A stretch of 64,000 nt of DNA from a phage: sequence record PX104380.1; one strand, given 5' to 3'. Each line of letters opens with the position of its first letter. Position 1 is the stretch's first letter. Under the pieces are notes generated by a model. The model worked only from the letters and a program-made list of their open reading frames with translations, searched no databases and was not told the origin of the DNA. Position numbers and translations under genes: made by a program. Positions 58,355 through 64,000 of the stretch are shown here, in pieces.

Positions 58355-61300
58355 CAGTAAAAGCACCTTCAGTCACTAGTCTCAGAATTTCCAAGTTATC
58401 CGCTAATCAGGTGCAAGTACGCTGGGATGACGTTGGTGCTAATTTCTACTATTTTGTAGAAATCGCTGAGACAAAATCAAACTCGGGAAAAAATCTCCCG
58501 AGTAATCAATATCGTTGGATTAATTTAGGATATACAGCAAATAATAGTTTCTTTTTTGATGATGCTGATCCATTGACATCATATGTTATTAGAGTAGCTA
58601 CAGCTGCGCAAGATTTTGAGCAGTCTGATTGGATTTATACCGAAGAGTTTGAAACTTTTGCTACAAATGCTTATACATTTCAAAACATGATTGAAATGCA
58701 ATTAGCCAATAAATTCATTCAGGAAAAATTTACTCTTAATAATTCTGATTATGTTAATTTCAATAATGACACAATAATGGCTGCGTTGATGAATGAATCA
58801 TTTCAGTTCAGCCCATCGTATGCTGATGTCTCATCAATCAGTAATTTTATTATTGGTGAAAACGAGTATCATGAAATACAAGGTTCTATCCAGCAAGTAT
58901 GTAAGGATATTAACCGAGTTTATTTGATGGAATCAGAAGGGATTCTATATCTTTTTGAGCGTTATCAACCCGTAGTTAAAGTATCAAATGATAAAGGACA
59001 AACTTGGAAAGCTGTAAAGCTCTTCAATGACCGTGTAGGATATCCTTTATCTAAGACTGTATATTACCAATCTGCAAACACAACATACGTTCTAGGATAC
59101 GATAAGATTTTCTATGGCCGTAAATCGACTGACGTTAGATGGTCAGCAGATGATGTCAGATTCAGTTCACAGGATATAACATTTGCTAAATTAGGAGACC
59201 AACTTCATTTAGGATTCGATGTTGAAATCTTCGCTACTTATGCGACTTTACCAGCGAATGTATATCGTATAGCTGAAGCCATTACTTGTACGGATGATTA
59301 TATCTATGTTGTTGCCAGAGATAAAGTTAGATATATAAAAACGAGTAATGCACCTATAGATTCTGACCCGTTATCACCAACATACTCGGAAAGACTTTTT
59401 GAACCTGATACAATGACTATAACTGGAAATCCTAAAGCTGTATGCTATAAAATGGATTCTATTGGTGATAAAGTTTTTGCTCTTATTATTGGTGAAGTTG
59501 AAACATTAAATGCTAATCCTAGAACATCAAAAATAATTGATTCCGCTGATAAAGGAATATATGTTTTAAATCATGACGAAAAAACATGGAAAAGAGTTTT
59601 TGGTAATACCGAAGAAGAAAGAAGACGTATTCAACCCGGATATGCGAATATGTCAACTGATGGTAAATTAGTTTCTCTGTCTTCGAGTAATTTTAAATTT
59701 TTAAGTGATAACGTTGTTAATGACCCTGAAACTGCTGTAAAATACCAGTTAATCGGTGCTGTCAAATATGAATTTCCTCGCGAATGGTTAGCTGATAAAC
59801 ATTATCATATGATGGCGTTTATAGCGGATGAAAAATCTGATTGGGAGACTTTTACTCCTCAACCGATGAAATACTACGCAGAACCGTTCTTTAATTGGTC
59901 TAAAAAATCTAACACTCGTTGTTGGATAAACAACTCTGATAAAGCTGTTGTAGTTTATGCAGATTTGAAATACACCAAAGTTATTGAAAATATTCCAGAA
60001 ACGTCACCAGATAGATTAGTGCATGAATACTGGGATGATGGCGATTGCACTATAGTAATGCCAAATGTTAAATTCACTGGATTTAAAAAATACGCATCAG
60101 GAATGCTTTTTTATAAATCTTCTGGTGAAATAATTTCTTATTATGATTTTAACTATCGCGTGAGAGATACAGTAGAAATTATTTGGAAGCCGACTGAAGT
60201 ATTTTTAAAAGCATTTTTACAAAACCAAGAGCGTGAAACTCCTTGGTCACCAGAAGAAGAACGTGGATTAGCTGACCCTGATTTAAGACCATTAATTGGC
60301 ACAATGATGCCTGATTCTTATTTGTTACAAGATTCTAATTTTGAGGCATTTTGCGAAGCATATATTCAGTATCTTTCTGACGGATATGGAACTCAGTATA
60401 ACAATTTACGAAATTTAATTCGTAACCAATATCCACGAGAAGAGCATGCGTGGGAATATTTATGGTCAGAAATATATAAAAGAAACATTTATTTAAATGC
60501 TGACAAACGCGATGCTGTTGCAAGATTTTTTGAATCACGTAGCTATGATTTTTATTCTACTAAAGGAATTGAAGCATCATATAAATTTCTTTTTAAAGTT
60601 CTTTATAATGAAGAAGTTGAAATTGAAATTGAATCGGGAGCAGGTACTGAATATGATGTAATCATTCAATCTGATTCTCTTACAGAAGATTTAGTAGGAC
60701 AAACTATCTATACTGCAACCGGAAGATGTAATGTTACTTATATAGAAAGAAGTTATTCTAATGGTAAATTGCAATGGACCGTGACTATACATAATCTTTT
60801 GGGGCGGTTAATAGCAGGACAAGAAGTTAAAGCAGAAAGACTTCCGGGCTTTGAAGGCGAAATTATTCGTGGGGTTAAAGGAAAAGATTTGCTTCAAAAT
60901 AATATAGACTATATTAATAGAAGTAGATCATATTATGTAATGAAAATTAAATCCAATTTACCTTCTTCTCGTTGGAAATCTGACGTTATTCGTTTTGTTC
61001 ATCCAGTAGGATTTGGATTTATAGCAATCACGCTTTTAACTATGTTTATTAATGTCGGTTTAACTCTTAAACACACAGAGACAATAATTAATAAATATAA
61101 AAACTATAAATGGGATTCTGGATTGCCTACTGAATATGCTGATAGAGTAGCTAAATTGACTCCAACTGGTGAAATTGAGCATGATTCGGTAACAGGCGAA
61201 GCAATTTATGAGCCTGGCCCAATGGCTGGTGTAGAATATCCTCTTCCTGATGACTATAATGCTGAAAATAACAATTCAATATTTCAAGGTCAATTGCCGT

Positions 61301-61449
61301 CTGAACGACGTAAATTAATGAGTCCTTTATTTGATGCATCTGGAACAACATTTGCACAATTTAGAGATTTAGTTAATAAACGTCTAAAAGATAATATAGG
61401 AAATCCAAGAGACCCTGAAAATCCAACACAGGTTAAAATAGATGAATGA
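58351..61449 (+). CDS. 7: baseplate wedge protein
   Basis: 1032 aa, same length as T4 gp7; synteny. Confidence 0.9.
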   Translation: MTVKAPSVTSLRISKLSANQVQVRWDDVGANFYYFVEIAETKSNSGKNLPSNQYRWINLGYTANNSFFFDDADPLTSYVIRVATAAQDFEQSDWIYTEEFETFATNAYTFQNMIEMQLANKFIQEKFTLNNSDYVNFNNDTIMAALMNESFQFSPSYADVSSISNFIIGENEYHEIQGSIQQVCKDINRVYLMESEGILYLFERYQPVVKVSNDKGQTWKAVKLFNDRVGYPLSKTVYYQSANTTYVLGYDKIFYGRKSTDVRWSADDVRFSSQDITFAKLGDQLHLGFDVEIFATYATLPANVYRIAEAITCTDDYIYVVARDKVRYIKTSNAPIDSDPLSPTYSERLFEPDTMTITGNPKAVCYKMDSIGDKVFALIIGEVETLNANPRTSKIIDSADKGIYVLNHDEKTWKRVFGNTEEERRRIQPGYANMSTDGKLVSLSSSNFKFLSDNVVNDPETAVKYQLIGAVKYEFPREWLADKHYHMMAFIADEKSDWETFTPQPMKYYAEPFFNWSKKSNTRCWINNSDKAVVVYADLKYTKVIENIPETSPDRLVHEYWDDGDCTIVMPNVKFTGFKKYASGMLFYKSSGEIISYYDFNYRVRDTVEIIWKPTEVFLKAFLQNQERETPWSPEEERGLADPDLRPLIGTMMPDSYLLQDSNFEAFCEAYIQYLSDGYGTQYNNLRNLIRNQYPREEHAWEYLWSEIYKRNIYLNADKRDAVARFFESRSYDFYSTKGIEASYKFLFKVLYNEEVEIEIESGAGTEYDVIIQSDSLTEDLVGQTIYTATGRCNVTYIERSYSNGKLQWTVTIHNLLGRLIAGQEVKAERLPGFEGEIIRGVKGKDLLQNNIDYINRSRSYYVMKIKSNLPSSRWKSDVIRFVHPVGFGFIAITLLTMFINVGLTLKHTETIINKYKNYKWDSGLPTEYADRVAKLTPTGEIEHDSVTGEAIYEPGPMAGVEYPLPDDYNAENNNSIFQGQLPSERRKLMSPLFDASGTTFAQFRDLVNKRLKDNIGNPRDPENPTQVKIDE

Positions 61450-62446
61450 TTCAAGTGTTATCTATCGTGCGATAGTTACTTCAAAATTTAGAACAGAAAA
61501 AATGTTGAATTTTTATAATTCAATTGGAAGTGGTCAGGATAAAAACACTATCTTTATCACATTTGGAAGATCAGAACCGTGGTCATCAAATGAAAATGAG
61601 GTGGGCTTTGCCCCACCTTATCCTACCGATTCTGTATTAGGTGTAACTGACATGTGGACGCATATGATGGGAACAGTAAAGGTTCTTCCATCTATGCTTG
61701 ATGCAGTTATTCCTCGTCGAGATTGGGGAGATACTAGATATCCGGATCCATACACATTTAGAATTAATGATATTGTAGTGTGCAACTCAGCTCCTTACAA
61801 CGCTACTGAATCAGGCGCGGGATGGTTAGTGTATCGCTGTTTAGATGTTCCTGATACTGGAATGTGCTCAATAGCATCTTTAACTAATAAGGATGAATGT
61901 CTTAAATTAGGTGGAAAATGGACTCCTTCTGCTAGGTCAATGACTCCTCCTGAAGGCCGAGGAGATGCTGAAGGAACAATTGAACCTGGCGATGGATATG
62001 TATGGGAATATCTTTTTGAGATTCCGCCTGATGTATCTATAAATAGATGCACGAATGAGTATATTGTAGTTCCTTGGCCCGAGGAATTAAAAGAAGACCC
62101 GACTAGATGGGGGTATGAAGATAATCTCACTTGGCAGCAAGATGATTTTGGATTAATTTACCGTGTTAAGGCAAATACTATCCGTTTTAAAGCATATTTA
62201 GATTCAGTTTATTTTCCTGAAGCTGCATTGCCAGGAAATAAAGGATTTAGACAAATATCAATAATTACGAATCCTCTTGAAGCTAAAGCTCATCCAAATG
62301 ACCCAAATGTTAAAGCTGAAAGGGATTATTATGATCCGGAAGATTTAATGAGGCATTCGGGCGAAATGATTTATATGGAAAATAGGCCACCTATTATTAT
62401 GGCAATGGATCAGACAGAAGAAATCAATATTCTGTTTACATTTTAA
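61442..62446 (+). CDS. 8: baseplate wedge protein
   Basis: 334 aa, same length as T4 gp8; synteny. Confidence 0.9.
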   Translation: MNDSSVIYRAIVTSKFRTEKMLNFYNSIGSGQDKNTIFITFGRSEPWSSNENEVGFAPPYPTDSVLGVTDMWTHMMGTVKVLPSMLDAVIPRRDWGDTRYPDPYTFRINDIVVCNSAPYNATESGAGWLVYRCLDVPDTGMCSIASLTNKDECLKLGGKWTPSARSMTPPEGRGDAEGTIEPGDGYVWEYLFEIPPDVSINRCTNEYIVVPWPEELKEDPTRWGYEDNLTWQQDDFGLIYRVKANTIRFKAYLDSVYFPEAALPGNKGFRQISIITNPLEAKAHPNDPNVKAERDYYDPEDLMRHSGEMIYMENRPPIIMAMDQTEEINILFTF

Positions 62447-62451
62447 ATTAA

Positions 62452-62474
62452 GGGAGCCCATGGGCTCCCTTTTT
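62452..62474 (+). terminator. rho-independent terminator after gene 8
   Basis: Perfect inverted repeat gggagcccatgggctccc followed by ttttt. Confidence 0.7.
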
Positions 62475-62477
62475 CTT

Positions 62478-62485
62478 TATAAATA
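62478..62485 (+). promoter_or_regulatory. late promoter TATAAATA for gene 9
   Basis: Exact TATAAATA about 25 nt upstream of the gene 9 ATG. Confidence 0.6.
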
Positions 62486-62509
62486 CTATAAACTCATAAG
62501 GAAACCGCT

Positions 62510-63376
62510 ATGTTCATTCAAGAACCAAAGAAATTGATTGATACCGGCGAAATTGGTAACGCTTCTACTGGTGATATCTTATTCGACGGTGGTAATAAAA
62601 TTAATAGTGATTTTAACGCAATTTATAACGCGTTTGGCGATCAACGTAAAATGGCAGTAGCAAATGGCACTGGAGCAGATGGTCAAATTATCCATGCTAC
62701 TGGATATTATCAAAAACATTCTATTGCAGAGTATGCAACTCCAGTAAAAGTTGGCACTAGGCATGATATTGATACCTCTACTGTAGGTGTTAAAGTTATC
62801 ATTGAAAGAGGCGAACTTGGCGACTGCGTTGAATTTATTAACTCAAATGGATCAATATCAGTTACTAATCCTTTAACGATTCAAGCTATTGATTCAATTA
62901 AAGGCGTTTCAGGTAATTTAGTAGTAACTAGTCCATATAGTAAAGTTACCTTACGTTGTATTTCATCTGATAATTCTACGTCGGTTTGGAATTATTCTAT
63001 TGAAAGTATGTTTGGTCAAAAGGAATCACCTGCTGAAGGTACATGGAATATTTCTACATCTGGATCAGTTGACATTCCACTATTTCATCGCACTGAATAC
63101 AATATGGCTAAATTGCTAGTTACGTGCCAATCAGTAGATGGAAGAAAAATTAAAACAGCAGAAATAAATATTCTTGTGGATACTGTTAATTCAGAAGTTA
63201 TTTCTTCTGAGTATGCTGTCATGCGAGTTGGAAATGAAACAGAAGAAGACGAAATCGCTAATATTGCATTTAGTATTAAAGAAAATTACGTAACGGCGAC
63301 TATAAATTCTTCAACTGTCGGCATGAGAGCAGCAGTTAAAGTTATCGCTACGCAGAAAATCGGGGTGGCTCAATAA
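62510..63376 (+). CDS. 9: baseplate wedge / tail-fibre socket protein
   Basis: 288 aa, same length as T4 gp9; synteny. Confidence 0.9.
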   Translation: MFIQEPKKLIDTGEIGNASTGDILFDGGNKINSDFNAIYNAFGDQRKMAVANGTGADGQIIHATGYYQKHSIAEYATPVKVGTRHDIDTSTVGVKVIIERGELGDCVEFINSNGSISVTNPLTIQAIDSIKGVSGNLVVTSPYSKVTLRCISSDNSTSVWNYSIESMFGQKESPAEGTWNISTSGSVDIPLFHRTEYNMAKLLVTCQSVDGRKIKTAEINILVDTVNSEVISSEYAVMRVGNETEEDEIANIAFSIKENYVTATINSSTVGMRAAVKVIATQKIGVAQ

Positions 63377-64000
63377 TGAAACAAAATATTAATATCGGTA
63401 ATGTTGTAGATGATGGTACCGGTGACTACCTGCGTAAAGGTGGTATAAAAATAAATGAAAACTTTGATGAGCTTTATTATGAACTCGGTGATGGTAATGT
63501 TCCATATTCAGCCGGTGCCTGGAAAACTTATAATGCTTCATCTGGGCAAACATTAAAAGCTGAATGGGGAAAATCATACGCTATTAATACTTCGTCTGGA
63601 AGAGTAACACTGCAACTTCCTAAAGGAACTGTTAATGATTATAATAAAGTAATTAGAGCTAGGGATGTATTTGCAACATGGAATGTTAATCCAGTTACTT
63701 TAGTAGCCGCTTCTGGTGATACTATCAAAGGATCATCGTCATCGGTTGAAATTAACGTTCAATTTAGTGATTTAGAGCTAGTTTATTGCGCTCCGGGTCG
63801 TTGGGAATATGTCAAAAATAAACAAATTGACAAAATTATTAGTTCAGACATTAGCAATGTAGCTCGTAAAGAATTTTTAGTCGAAGTTCAAGGACAAACA
63901 GACTTTTTAGATATTTTCCGTGGAACTAGTTATAATGTTAATAACATCAGAGTAAAACACCGCGGTAATGAATTGTATTACGGCGATGTTTTTAGCGAAA
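63376..64000 (+). CDS. 10: baseplate wedge / short tail fibre attachment protein, N-terminal part (continues past window end)
   Basis: ATG at 63376-63378 overlaps gene 9 stop (TAATG); reads MKQNINIGNVVDDGTGDYLRKGG, recalled as the T4 gp10 N-terminus; open to the window end. Confidence 0.8.
   Translation, partial: MKQNINIGNVVDDGTGDYLRKGGIKINENFDELYYELGDGNVPYSAGAWKTYNASSGQTLKAEWGKSYAINTSSGRVTLQLPKGTVNDYNKVIRARDVFATWNVNPVTLVAASGDTIKGSSSSVEINVQFSDLELVYCAPGRWEYVKNKQIDKIISSDISNVARKEFLVEVQGQTDFLDIFRGTSYNVNNIRVKHRGNELYYGDVFSE

Noticed and set aside
61795-62130. 111-aa minus-strand ORF inside gene 8
   Set aside because: Antisense to gene 8; Ser/Pro-rich low-complexity product
63389-63577. His-rich 62-aa minus-strand ORF
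   Set aside because: Antisense to the start of gene 10; the His/Tyr-rich product is a reverse-frame artefact

Overview
This window is a contiguous segment of a T4-like (T-even, Tequatrovirus-type) myovirus genome. Positions 1-53191 are an early/middle-gene region transcribed on the minus strand: uvsX (N-terminal fragment), a glycosyltransferase, 42, imm, 43, regA, 62, 44, 45, rpbA, 46, 47, a-gt, 55, nrdH/G/D, 49, nrdC and the nrdC.x block, rI, tk, regB, a GrcA-like gene, an internal protein, lysozyme e, nudE, an 11-gene tRNA array, ipI, 57B, 57A and genes 1, 3, 2, 4. From 53239 the plus strand carries the late baseplate module 53, 5, 5.1, 5.4, 6, 7, 8, 9 and the start of 10. Gene names rest on synteny, protein length and recognisable motifs recalled from T4; no database search was possible. 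The ORF track uses GTG/TTG as well as ATG starts, so several listed N-termini are probably too long. A few positions in the printed sequence seem to disagree with the track by one base (for example around 41580-41625), so non-CDS coordinates are approximate to about 2 nt. Departures from canonical T4 include three free-standing GIY-YIG homing-endonuclease-like genes, an intron-less nrdD, a different glycosyltransferase where T4 has beta-gt, no recognisable denV, three extra tRNAs (His, Asn, Tyr) and several tandem paralogous gene families of unknown function. No CRISPR array, integrase or transposase was seen.
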